Position numbers and translations under genes: made by a program. A DNA stretch of 64,000 nt from Alphaproteobacteria bacterium. GTDB taxonomy: Bacteria; Pseudomonadota; Alphaproteobacteria; CALKHQ01. The DNA lies in NCBI GenBank assembly GCA_965227515.1, contig CBDDFZ010000001.1, forward strand, positions 3,808,001-3,872,000, read 5' to 3'. Under the pieces are notes generated by a model, which ran no database searches, was not told the origin of the DNA, and saw only the letters and a list, made by a program, of their open reading frames with translations. Shown here in pieces: positions 19,107-27,772 of the stretch (its first letter is position 1; each line of letters starts with the position of its first letter).

Positions 19107-22100
19107 TTACTCCGCAGCCTCAGGCACCTGGTCCGGGTGCCAGGGCTCGTCGGACTTGCGCTCTTCGGCGGCCTTGGCCTCTCGGGCCTCCGCCTTGGCC
19201 TGCTTGCGTTCGCGCCGGCGGTCGCGCCAGCCGCGCAGATTGGCGCGGAACATCAGCGCCGACGGCGTGACCAGCAGGGTCAACACGGTGGCGAAGGTCA
19301 GGCCGAAGGCAATGGCGGTGGCCAACTGCACCCACCACTGGGTCGACGGCGCGCCAACGCTGACGGTGCGCGAGAAGAAGTCGATGTTGATCTGCAGCAC
19401 CATCGGCATCAGGCCCAGGATGGTGGTCACCGTCGTCAATAGCACCGGGCGCAGCCGCTGCGCGCCGGTCAGCAGGATCGCCTGCCGCGGGTCCTTCACC
19501 GTCTTTTTCAGGCGGTCGTACGTGTCGATCAGCACGATGTTGTTGTTGACCACGATGCCGGCCAGCGCGATCACGCCCACCCCGCTCATCACGATGCCGA
19601 ACGGCTGGTTGGTCAGCAACAGGCCCAGCATGACGCCGATGGTCGACATGATCACCGCCGACAGGATCAGCACCGCCGAATAGAAGCTGTTGAACTGGGT
19701 CACCAGGATGATCGCCATGATGAACAGGGCGACGATGAAGGCGTTCGACAAGAATTCCTGCGCCTCGGCCTGTTCCTCGTCCTCGCCGCCGAAGGCGATC
19801 TGCACCCGCGGGTCTATCTCCGCATCGGCCAGCCAGGCCCGCATCTCCTGCACCAGGTCAGCGGCAAGCAGCGGGTTGCCCTGGTCGTCCCTCATGTCCG
19901 GGTTGATGTCGGCCTTCACCGTCATCAGGCGCATGCCGTCGGTGCGGGTCAGATTGCCGACCCGCGGCTCCGCCACCCGGGTCACGAAATTGGAGATCGG
20001 CACCAGCCCGACATCGGTCATGATGCGGATATTGTCCAGCATCGACAGGTCGCGGTACTCGGCCTCGTAGCGCGCGACGATATCGATCTCCTCGTCGGCA
20101 TCGTCCGGGCGGTACTCGCTGAACTTCAGCCCGTTGGTGACCAGCCGGATCAGGCTGCCGACCGAAGCAATGTCAGCACCGAACTTGGCGGCCTGGGCGC
20201 GGTCGACCTCGATCTCCCACTCCACGCCGGGCAGCGGGCGCGAATCCTCGATATCGACAAACGCGCCATGGTCCTCCAGCGCCGCGCGGAGCTGGGCAAT
20301 CACCGGCGGGATCGCCTCGGGATACTGCGACGAGACCTCGAGCTGGATCGGCTTGCCGACCGGCGGGCCGGCCTCCTGCTCGCGCACCTCGACGCGGATA
20401 CCGGCCAGTTCCGCCGCGCGTTCCAGGATCTCGTGCTCGATCTCCTTCGCGGAGCGCCGTTGGTCCCACTCGACGAACTCGATCTGAATGGTGCCGATCA
20501 CGTCCTCGGCCGCATCGTTGCCTTGCGCCTGACCGGCAGCGCGGGTGTAGACCGACTTCAGCTCACGATGCTGGTTGCCGACGTCGAGCACGATGTCCTC
20601 GACCTGGCTGACCAGGAAGTTCTGTTCCGCCACCGACAGGTTGCCGCGGGCGAACACCTGGAAGCTCACCTGTTCCGGCTCGACCTCGGGGAAGAACTCG
20701 ACGCCGCGGCCGAACGCGCCATAGGCCATCTGGGCCGCGATCAGGCTGGCGAACGCGATCAGGATGACCTTGCCGGGGTGGCGCAGCGCAAACCCCAGCA
20801 TGCCGAGGTACACGCGCGTGACTCCTCCGGTCTGCTTCAGCGCCGCCTCGGTGTCGACTGACGGGTCCTCGCCCGACAGCAGGCGCATGCGCTCCACCTT
20901 GGCCGGGTCCATCTTCGGCTGCTTGCGCCCGATGACACTGCCCAGCACCGGCACGAAGATGAGCGCCATCAGCAGCGAGGCCGACAACGTCGCAATCAGG
21001 GTTATCGGCAGGTACTGCATGAACTTGCCGACCAGGCCGGGCCAGAACAGCAGCGGCAGGAAGGCGGCCAGCGTGGTCGCGGTCGACGCGATGATCGGCC
21101 ACGACATCCGCTTGGCGGCGGCTCCATAGGCCTCCCGCCGGGTCTTGCCCTCGGCGAGTTTTCGGTCGGCGTACTCGGTGACGACGATGGCGCCGTCCAC
21201 CAGCATGCCGACCGCCAGGATCAGCGCGAACAGCACCACGATATTGATGGTCAGGCCCATCAGCGACAGCACCAGGATGCCGGTCAGGAACGAGCCCGGA
21301 ATGGCGACGCCGACCAGGCCGCCGGACTTCAAGCCCAGCGCGCCGACGATGACGATCATCACCAGCAGGACCGCGCTGATGACGTTGTTCTGCAGGTCGC
21401 CCAGCATGCGCCGGATGTCCTGGCTGCGGTCGCCCGAATAGGTGATCTCCACCGCGGCCGGGATGAACTCGCGGTACTGCTCGACCACCGCCTTCACCGC
21501 CTCGATGGTGTCGATCAGGTTCTCGCCGCTGCGCTTGACCACTTCCAGCGACACCGCGGCCTCGCCATTGATGCGCGCATAGGCTTCGCGGTCCTTGAAC
21601 GCACGGCGCACGACGGCGATGTCGCGCAACAGCACCGTGTTGTCGCCATCCACAACCAGCGGCAGGTTCAACAGGTCGTTCAGGCTTTCGAACAGGCCCG
21701 GCACGCGGATCGCGAACCGGCCGTCGCCGGTGTCCAGCTCGCCCGCCGCCACCAGGCGGTTCGACCGGTCGACCACGGACGCCAGTTCCGATGGCGACAG
21801 GCCGTAGCTTTCGATCAGCAGCGGGTCGACCAGCAGCTCGACCACTTCTTCCCGGTCGCCGGCGATATCGACGCTGAGCACGGAGCCGACCTGCTCGATG
21901 GCATCCTCCAGCCGCCGGCCGACCGCCAGCAGCGAGCGCTCCGGCACCTCGCCATGCAAGCTGACCGTGATCACCGGGAACAGGCTGAAATTAACCTCGT
22001 TGACGGTCGGGTCGTCGGCCTCGTCAGGCAAGTTCGGCTTGGCGCGGTCCACCTCCTCGCGCACGTCCTCCAGCGCCTGGTCGGCGTCGAACCCGGCCTC

Positions 22101-22388
22101 GAACTCCAGCGTCACGTTGGCGCCGCCCAGATAGGCGGTCGAGGTCATCTCCTTGATGCCCTCGACGTTTACCACTTCCTGCTCGACCGGGCGGATCAGC
22201 AGGCGCTCGGCATCCTCGGGCGAGATGCCCTCCAGCGACATCGACACATAGATGATCGGAATGTTGATGTCGGGCTCGCTCTCCTTCGGGATGGTGACAT
22301 AGGCGAAGGCGCCCGCGATCAGCAGCAGGACCAGGATCAGGATGACCGAGCGCGTGCGATGCAGCGCGGCTTCGATCAGGGTGATCAT
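19107..22388 (-). CDS. RND efflux permease (AcrB/AcrD/AcrF family)
   Basis: GMLVDGAIVVTE, GIVVNNNIVLID, RLRPVLLT. Confidence 0.95.
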   Translation of the reverse strand: MITLIEAALHRTRSVILILVLLLIAGAFAYVTIPKESEPDINIPIIYVSMSLEGISPEDAERLLIRPVEQEVVNVEGIKEMTSTAYLGGANVTLEFEAGFDADQALEDVREEVDRAKPNLPDEADDPTVNEVNFSLFPVITVSLHGEVPERSLLAVGRRLEDAIEQVGSVLSVDIAGDREEVVELLVDPLLIESYGLSPSELASVVDRSNRLVAAGELDTGDGRFAIRVPGLFESLNDLLNLPLVVDGDNTVLLRDIAVVRRAFKDREAYARINGEAAVSLEVVKRSGENLIDTIEAVKAVVEQYREFIPAAVEITYSGDRSQDIRRMLGDLQNNVISAVLLVMIVIVGALGLKSGGLVGVAIPGSFLTGILVLSLMGLTINIVVLFALILAVGMLVDGAIVVTEYADRKLAEGKTRREAYGAAAKRMSWPIIASTATTLAAFLPLLFWPGLVGKFMQYLPITLIATLSASLLMALIFVPVLGSVIGRKQPKMDPAKVERMRLLSGEDPSVDTEAALKQTGGVTRVYLGMLGFALRHPGKVILIAFASLIAAQMAYGAFGRGVEFFPEVEPEQVSFQVFARGNLSVAEQNFLVSQVEDIVLDVGNQHRELKSVYTRAAGQAQGNDAAEDVIGTIQIEFVEWDQRRSAKEIEHEILERAAELAGIRVEVREQEAGPPVGKPIQLEVSSQYPEAIPPVIAQLRAALEDHGAFVDIEDSRPLPGVEWEIEVDRAQAAKFGADIASVGSLIRLVTNGLKFSEYRPDDADEEIDIVARYEAEYRDLSMLDNIRIMTDVGLVPISNFVTRVAEPRVGNLTRTDGMRLMTVKADINPDMRDDQGNPLLAADLVQEMRAWLADAEIDPRVQIAFGGEDEEQAEAQEFLSNAFIVALFIMAIILVTQFNSFYSAVLILSAVIMSTIGVMLGLLLTNQPFGIVMSGVGVIALAGIVVNNNIVLIDTYDRLKKTVKDPRQAILLTGAQRLRPVLLTTVTTILGLMPMVLQINIDFFSRTVSVGAPSTQWWVQLATAIAFGLTFATVLTLLVTPSALMFRANLRGWRDRRRERKQAKAEAREAKAAEERKSDEPWHPDQVPEAAE

Positions 22389-23506
22389 GACGCAGCTCCG
22401 TCCTGGGCCGGCACGATGGGCCCGGAATCCTGGAACACCGGCTCGACCAGCGCGCCGTCGCCGACGAACTCCTGCCCGACGGTGATGATGGTGGCGCGCT
22501 CCGGCAGCCCGGCGACCCACATGCCGTCAGGGGTGTCGGCCAGGATATCCACCTCGGCGAACCGCACGATGTTGCCGTCGACGACGATGCGCACGCCGAT
22601 GGCGCCATCGTCCGCCAGCGCGATCACGGAGGGGCTGATCAGGTGGGCCATCGACTGCTCGGCCGGAATATGCAGCTCCGCGGTCATGCCGTCGGCAATA
22701 CTGGCGTTCGGGTTCTCGACCTCGATCTCGACCCTGAACGTGCGGGTCGCCGGATCGGCGGTGCGCGACACGTAACGAATGATGCCCTCGATGGGCTGGC
22801 CGCCCGCAAGACGGCCCATTGCCGGCGCGCCGACCTGCACCAGCGACACGTCCTGCTCGGTGACGCCGCCGACCATCAGCATCGGCTGCAGGTCGATCAA
22901 CATCGCCACCACATCGCCGCCGCGCACATATTGGCCCATCTCCACCGGGCGGGAATTGACCACGCCAGCGAACGGCGCGGTGATCGTGGTGTCGGCGATT
23001 TCCTCGGCGATGGCGGCGCGCTGGGCCCGCGCGGCATCCAGGTTGGCGCGCGCCGTGGCAAGCTGAGTACGCGCCGAATAGCCGTTCTGGGCAAGCTGGG
23101 CCGCGGCGGAATACTCGATCTCGCGCTGCTGGATCAGGGCGTCGGCCTGGGCCAGTCGCGCCTCGCGGTCGGCCATCGAAAGCTGCACCAGCGGGTCGCC
23201 GGCATTCACATAGGCGCCTTCCTCGACCAGGATCTGGGCGACCGTGGCGTCAATCTCCGCCGCGATGGCGACCTCGCGCGAGGCCTCGGTATGGCCGCGC
23301 AGCACGATGTCGCGTTGGAACGGCTCCGCGACGAATTCGGCCACACGCACACGGAATGCGGCCTCCTCCTGCGCGCCGTTCTCCACGGTGGCACCGGTCT
23401 CGCCGTCGCCGGTCCCGCTGTCCGGGTCGCCCATGATCACGCCGGACATGATCCAGGCGGCGGCCCCGATGGCGATGACGAGTGCGATGATGATCGACGT
23501 GCGCAT
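22385..23506 (-). CDS. RND efflux periplasmic adaptor (MFP)
   Basis: N-terminal anchor, ITAPFAG, ADPATRTFRVE. Confidence 0.93.
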   Translation of the reverse strand: MRTSIIIALVIAIGAAAWIMSGVIMGDPDSGTGDGETGATVENGAQEEAAFRVRVAEFVAEPFQRDIVLRGHTEASREVAIAAEIDATVAQILVEEGAYVNAGDPLVQLSMADREARLAQADALIQQREIEYSAAAQLAQNGYSARTQLATARANLDAARAQRAAIAEEIADTTITAPFAGVVNSRPVEMGQYVRGGDVVAMLIDLQPMLMVGGVTEQDVSLVQVGAPAMGRLAGGQPIEGIIRYVSRTADPATRTFRVEIEVENPNASIADGMTAELHIPAEQSMAHLISPSVIALADDGAIGVRIVVDGNIVRFAEVDILADTPDGMWVAGLPERATIITVGQEFVGDGALVEPVFQDSGPIVPAQDGAAS

Positions 23507-23532
23507 GGCGCTATTCCAATTCTGAGGAAAGA

Positions 23533-24150
23533 CTATTCGGCGGCTTGCGGCGGCGCCGTGACATCGTGGGCCGTGGCATCGTGGTCGGACATGCGATCGA
23601 CCGCCGGCCGGCTGTCGATCTCGCCGGCCACCGCGATGTTGGCCAGCAGCTCGTGACGGTGGCCATCCAGGTAGTCGACGGCGGCGGTGCACATGGCGCG
23701 CGCGAAACCGCGCACGAAGTCGACGCCGGGCGACACGCCGGCGCACTCAGGCTTGCTGTTCAGGTGGTCCAGCTTGGCGCGATAGCGGTCGGCATGGGTG
23801 TCGATCATCGCCTCGACGAAGCGCACCGGTAGCAAATGCGCGAAGCACATGCGGAACAGGAATTCCGACCGCAGACGGTCCTCGCCCGGCGCGCTGGCCA
23901 GTTCGTCCAGCAACGCCAGCTTGCCGCGCTGGGTGATGCGATAGACCTTCTTGTCCGGCCTGTTGTCCTGGGCCTGCTCACGACACTCGACCAGGCCCTC
24001 GGCATCCAGCTTGCGCAGGGCCGGGTAGACGGAGCCGAAGCTCGCCTGGGTCATGTTCGAGAACGGCCCCTCCACGATGTTCTTGCGGATTTCATAGCCG
24101 CTGGCGTCACCCTTGGTGAGCACCGCCAGACAGACGGAACGGGCATCCAT
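23533..24150 (-). CDS. PadR family transcriptional regulator
   Basis: SGYEIRK, ASFGSVYPAL, RPDKKVYRIT. Confidence 0.93.
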   Translation of the reverse strand: MDARSVCLAVLTKGDASGYEIRKNIVEGPFSNMTQASFGSVYPALRKLDAEGLVECREQAQDNRPDKKVYRITQRGKLALLDELASAPGEDRLRSEFLFRMCFAHLLPVRFVEAMIDTHADRYRAKLDHLNSKPECAGVSPGVDFVRGFARAMCTAAVDYLDGHRHELLANIAVAGEIDSRPAVDRMSDHDATAHDVTAPPQAAE

Positions 24151-24234
24151 GCCTCTGGTCTCCAGACACTGATGTGCGATGTTTCTTGGTTATCTTGCCA
24201 TGATATATGCTGTATCAGCCTATGTTGGCAATGC

Positions 24235-24253
24235 ATATATCAAACTGATATAT
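24235..24253. promoter_or_regulatory. Perfect 8-3-8 inverted repeat, probable PadR operator
   Basis: ATATATCA-AAC-TGATATAT upstream of padR. Confidence 0.6.
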
Positions 24254-24416
24254 TGTCACAGCCACTATCACCGATATGTACGCGCGGCGCTGTGCGCGGG
24301 ATCACAGCGCGCGCAGCACTCATGCGTCGCCGCCCTGGATTCTAGGCGCGCCGGCCGGCTGCCGCGCCCTCCGCAGGCGCGGCTGTACTCAGTCCAACAA
24401 TGCTAGATCGAATGTG

Positions 24417-24887
24417 TTACAGGCAGTCGGGCTGCGACGATGTTCCGCGCTCGAACGCGCAGATCGCGTCCCCTTCGACAGAGCAGCGCAGGAAATCCAG
24501 CTCCTCGCGGCAGTCGCAGACAAAGCCGGCGCCGTCGAACTGCGTGTCCGCGGTCAGGTTGCGGATCGACGCGTCATAGCCGAACTGCTGCTCGCAAACC
24601 TCCAACGACCGGTTGCGAAGCTGGTTCTTCAACTGGTCGCACGCCAGGTATTCCCCAACCAGCAGCGACCGCTCGGACGTGGAATGGCGGACCCGCACCG
24701 TCTCGGGCACCCAATTGTCGATGCAATCCTTGACGGCAACCGTATTGGTGGCGATGGGTGTCGGGCCGCTGCCGGCGCTCTGGCCGCCACCGCCGGCAAC
24801 GCAGGAGCCCAGGGCCACAAACAGCGCGGCACCGACCGACAGCTCGATCAACCGGCGTACCGCCATTCGGGGTGCAAAATCCGTCAT
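24417..24887 (-). CDS. Hypothetical Cys-rich lipoprotein
   Basis: Lipobox LGSC; many Cys in the mature part; start uncertain. Confidence 0.55.
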   Translation of the reverse strand: MTDFAPRMAVRRLIELSVGAALFVALGSCVAGGGGQSAGSGPTPIATNTVAVKDCIDNWVPETVRVRHSTSERSLLVGEYLACDQLKNQLRNRSLEVCEQQFGYDASIRNLTADTQFDGAGFVCDCREELDFLRCSVEGDAICAFERGTSSQPDCL

Positions 24888-25030
24888 CGTCGCAACTCCT
24901 CGGCCCGGGTCGTCCCGCGGCAGCGCGGCGCCGCCAGCTTTGCAAGAGTAGCGACCGAAACCCGGACGGCACAAGGCAGTTGGTTCCCAATCGCGCCGCG
25001 TTGTAGACTTGGCCGCGGGAGGCGAAGGCG

Positions 25031-25720
25031 TTGCGTGAACAATCATTGGCCGGGCTGGCAATTCTGGCCGGGCTGCCCGAAGAAGATCTGAACGATCTGG
25101 AGGCGAAGTGTACCTGGCGACGGTACGCGGGCAATCAGATCATTCTCGACCAGCATGCGACCACGAACGAAGTCTGCTTCGTCGTGACCGGCGCGGTGCG
25201 GATTGTCAGCTACGCGCCGAGCGGGCGCGAGATATCGTTCAGCGACGTGCCGGCCGGCGGCTATTTCGGCGAACTGGCCGCCATCGACGGGGACCCGCGC
25301 TCGGCATCGGTGATTGCCCTGGAGCCGACCAATATCGCGGCAATGGCCGCCGACCCATTCATCGACCTGTTGGTGGAGTATCCGTCGGTGGCGCTGGCCG
25401 TCATGCGCGACCTGACCCGCATCATCCGCTCATCGACCGCACGGATCATGGACCTCAGCGTCCTCGGTGCGAACAACCGGGTGCAGGCCGAAATCCTGCG
25501 CCTGGCGCGCGAGGCATCGAAGGACGGGCAGACGGCGCGGATCTGGCCGATTCCGGTGCACAGCGACATCGCGGCACGGGTCAGCACGACGCGCGAAACC
25601 GTGGCGCGCGTGCTGAGCGACCTGTCGCGCCACGAATTGGTCGCGCGCGAGGGCCACGTTCTGGTGGTGCGCGACATCAACCGGCTGTCCGCGATGGTGG
25701 AGGCCGTCCACGAAGCCTGA
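25031..25720 (+). CDS. Crp/Fnr family transcriptional regulator (CRP-like)
   Basis: cNMP pocket GYFGELAAIDGDPRSAS; HTH STTRETVARVL; GGAGG RBS before TTG. Confidence 0.93.
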   Translation: MREQSLAGLAILAGLPEEDLNDLEAKCTWRRYAGNQIILDQHATTNEVCFVVTGAVRIVSYAPSGREISFSDVPAGGYFGELAAIDGDPRSASVIALEPTNIAAMAADPFIDLLVEYPSVALAVMRDLTRIIRSSTARIMDLSVLGANNRVQAEILRLAREASKDGQTARIWPIPVHSDIAARVSTTRETVARVLSDLSRHELVAREGHVLVVRDINRLSAMVEAVHEA

Positions 25721-25743
25721 CCTACCCCGCTTCGGCCCGCAAA

Positions 25744-25778
25744 GGGGTTGCCAATTGGGGTTACTAAATGGGGTTACC
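25744..25778. repeat. Three direct repeats GGGGTTRCY with 13-bp period
   Basis: Starts at 25744, 25757 and 25770, upstream of the fasciclin gene. Confidence 0.7.
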
Positions 25779-25837
25779 CTGGGGCCGAAACATTTCTAGA
25801 TTGACGCATTCCCTGTTCAAAAGGAGGCCAACCTACA

Positions 25838-26434
25838 ATGAGTCTGCAGGACCTGTTGAACCGGCGCACCGCCGCCGGTGTTGCGGTGGCGGTGAGCATG
25901 ATCGCGCTTACCGCGTGCAGCCAACGTGGCGCTGTCACCGCCGACGCCAGCGCCGACGCGACCGTCACCGCTGACGCCACTGCCGATGTCACCGCCGACG
26001 CGACGGCCGATGTCAGCGCGCCCAGCGGCGACCTGGTCGACACCGCCGCCGCGGCGGGCAGCTTCTCGACCCTGATCGCGGCGGTGCAAGCCGCCGGTCT
26101 GGAAAGCGTGTTGCGCGGCCCCGGCCCCTACACCGTGTTCGCCCCCACCGACGAGGCGTTTGCCAGTTCCCTGCCGGAAGGCACGGTCGAGTTGTTGATG
26201 CAGCCATCCAACAACGCGCGCCTGGTGCAGATCCTGCAGTACCACATCATCTCCGGCGAACTGATGTCGGCGGACGTGGCCGGGTCCTCGGTCGCCCGCG
26301 CGACACTGGAGGGCCGCGAAGTCGAGATCGACGGGACCAGCGGTTTCGAAGTCGACGGTGTGACCATCACGTCGGCCGATGTGGAGGCCTCCAACGGCGT
26401 CATCCACGTGATCAACGAGGTCCTGCTGCCATAG
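25838..26434 (+). CDS. Fasciclin (FAS1) domain lipoprotein
   Basis: Lipobox LTAC, TADA low-complexity linker, YTVFAPTDEAF, NGVIHVINEVLLP. Confidence 0.92.
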   Translation: MSLQDLLNRRTAAGVAVAVSMIALTACSQRGAVTADASADATVTADATADVTADATADVSAPSGDLVDTAAAAGSFSTLIAAVQAAGLESVLRGPGPYTVFAPTDEAFASSLPEGTVELLMQPSNNARLVQILQYHIISGELMSADVAGSSVARATLEGREVEIDGTSGFEVDGVTITSADVEASNGVIHVINEVLLP

Positions 26435-26479
26435 GGCACGCCAGACAAAACAGCGGGATTGGCGCGGATCGTTTCGACG

Positions 26480-26495
26480 TGTGACTGAGGTCACA
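26480..26495 (+). promoter_or_regulatory. CRP-type box, copy 1 (centre at -41.5)
   Basis: Perfect TGTGA-ctgagg-TCACA. Confidence 0.75.
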
Positions 26496-26528
26496 TGCAA
26501 ATTGACTTGGTGCGCTTAAGTATGGAGC

Positions 26529-26591
26529 ACCTTCAGATCCCCTCCTGATGAACGCTGCCTCAAACGCCCGGCCCCGTGCCGGGCGTTTTTT
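26529..26591 (+). ncRNA. Putative sibling sRNA copy 1
   Basis: ACCTTCAGATCCCCTCCTGATG + 7 nt + CCTCAAAC GC-rich hairpin + T6. Confidence 0.7.
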
Positions 26592-26655
26592 CTTGTCTGC
26601 TTTTCTTGTCAGCGCAGCGCTGGGAAACCGCCGTCATTTTGCCGGCCGACCGGCC

Positions 26656-26671
26656 AGTGACCGCCGTCACA
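26656..26671 (+). promoter_or_regulatory. CRP-type box, copy 2 (centre at -41.5)
   Basis: AGTGA-ccgccg-TCACA; -10-like CATATC at 26693. Confidence 0.7.
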
Positions 26672-26704
26672 TGGCGTTCCGGACGCTGCCCCCATATCCC
26701 GAAG

Positions 26705-26769
26705 ACCTTCAGATCCCCTCCTGATGAACACTGCCTCAAACGCCCGGCCTCGCGCCGGGCGCTTTTTTT
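26705..26769 (+). ncRNA. Putative sibling sRNA copy 2
   Basis: Same invariant 22-mer, hairpin and T7. Confidence 0.7.
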
Positions 26770-26818
26770 GGCGCGACGGCAAGGCCGCGACCGGCGCCAT
26801 TCGCCCGCCGGACCGGCC

Positions 26819-26834
26819 AGTGACCGCCGTCACA
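26819..26834 (+). promoter_or_regulatory. CRP-type box, copy 3 (centre at -41.5)
   Basis: AGTGA-ccgccg-TCACA; -10-like CATATC at 26856. Confidence 0.7.
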
Positions 26835-26867
26835 TGGAATGCGGGCCCCTGCCCCCATATCCCGAAG

Positions 26868-26933
26868 ACCTTCAGATCCCCTCCTGATGCGTACAGCCTC
26901 AAACGCCCGGCCTTGTGCCGGGCGTCTTTTTTT
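26868..26933 (+). ncRNA. Putative sibling sRNA copy 3
   Basis: Same invariant 22-mer, hairpin and T7. Confidence 0.7.
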
Positions 26934-26981
26934 GCTCCGGTGGCGCGCGAACCAAAAAATTTCAACCGGAAGGTCGACTTG

Positions 26982-27626
26982 ATGAACAGAACAGGGCTGG
27001 CCATCGCCGCGAGCGTGCTGCTGTCGCCGGCAGCAGCCTGGGCTCAGGATCCCGTTCACTTCGCGCTGCCCGACGTCGGAACCGAAATCGAGTGGTCGGG
27101 GGGACTGGTCGCAGAGGTGACGGAGGTCGAGCCCGAGGATCGCGCCTACAAGATGGCGCTCTCCTATCCCAACAACTACCGCCAAGTGCAGAACGTGGTC
27201 GAAGGCCTGCAGACGAATGCGTTGTGGCTCTATAATGACAACGGCGACCTGATTTCCGAGAACAACACCATCTTCGACCGGGCGGCGCTGACCGGCTTCT
27301 GGCCGCTGACCCTGGATGCGCAGATTACATTCACCGGCACGGAGTTCACGGATGGCGGGCCCATGTCAGCCTGGGAGGCCACGCTGACGGTGGAAGCGTT
27401 CGAGACCGTGTTGACGCCGCTTGGCCTGGTCGATGCCGTGCGCGTGCGCCGCATCGACGAGCTGACCGCCCAGGCCAACGACGACCTGCCGATCGACAGT
27501 GTCGAGGCGGTGATTTGGTACGCACCGTCTGTCGGCATGACGGTCAGGGCCGAGGTCACCCACTACGATGGCGACCAGGTTGTGCAATCGATCAGCTTCG
27601 TGCCCGAGAGCATCACCCTGCCCTGA
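26982..27626 (+). CDS. Hypothetical secreted protein
   Basis: Signal peptide (AAWAQ), acidic beta-rich mature region, WYAPSVG; lies between sRNA copies 3 and 4. Confidence 0.75.
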   Translation: MNRTGLAIAASVLLSPAAAWAQDPVHFALPDVGTEIEWSGGLVAEVTEVEPEDRAYKMALSYPNNYRQVQNVVEGLQTNALWLYNDNGDLISENNTIFDRAALTGFWPLTLDAQITFTGTEFTDGGPMSAWEATLTVEAFETVLTPLGLVDAVRVRRIDELTAQANDDLPIDSVEAVIWYAPSVGMTVRAEVTHYDGDQVVQSISFVPESITLP

Positions 27627-27650
27627 CGCCGCGACGGTAAATTTTAGGTG

Positions 27651-27666
27651 GGTGACAGCCGTCACA
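27651..27666 (+). promoter_or_regulatory. CRP-type box, copy 4
   Basis: GGTGA-cagccg-TCACA; -10 TATATT at 27688. Confidence 0.7.
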
Positions 27667-27700
27667 GCGGTTTCAGGCGAGCTGCCCTATATTCAAGCTC

Positions 27701-27762
27701 ACCTTCAGATCCCCTCCTGATGCACAGTCCCTCAACGCCCGGCCCCGCGCCGGGCGTTTTTT
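27701..27762 (+). ncRNA. Putative sibling sRNA copy 4
   Basis: Same invariant 22-mer, hairpin and T6; convergent with mmcB. Confidence 0.7.
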
Positions 27763-27772
27763 CTTGGATGTC

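Noticed and set aside
25933-26015. TADA repeats in the fasciclin gene as a separate DNA element
   Set aside because: Degenerate at the codon level; an ordinary low-complexity lipoprotein linker.
26529-26933. CRISPR array interpretation of the tandem repeats
   Set aside because: Unit periods are 176 and 163 bp, the intervening DNA is partly homologous and contains promoter boxes, each unit ends in a terminator, and no cas genes are present.
26724-26981. N-terminal extension of the 300-aa ORF through the repeats
   Set aside because: It is translated repeat/terminator sequence; the signal peptide starts at ATG 26982.
26510-27725. Type I toxin peptide on the minus strand (AGGAGG is the complement of the repeat)
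   Set aside because: No conserved start codon or ORF follows the SD-like sequence: GTG in copies 1 and 4 gives only 4-9 unrelated codons, and copies 2 and 3 have GTC.
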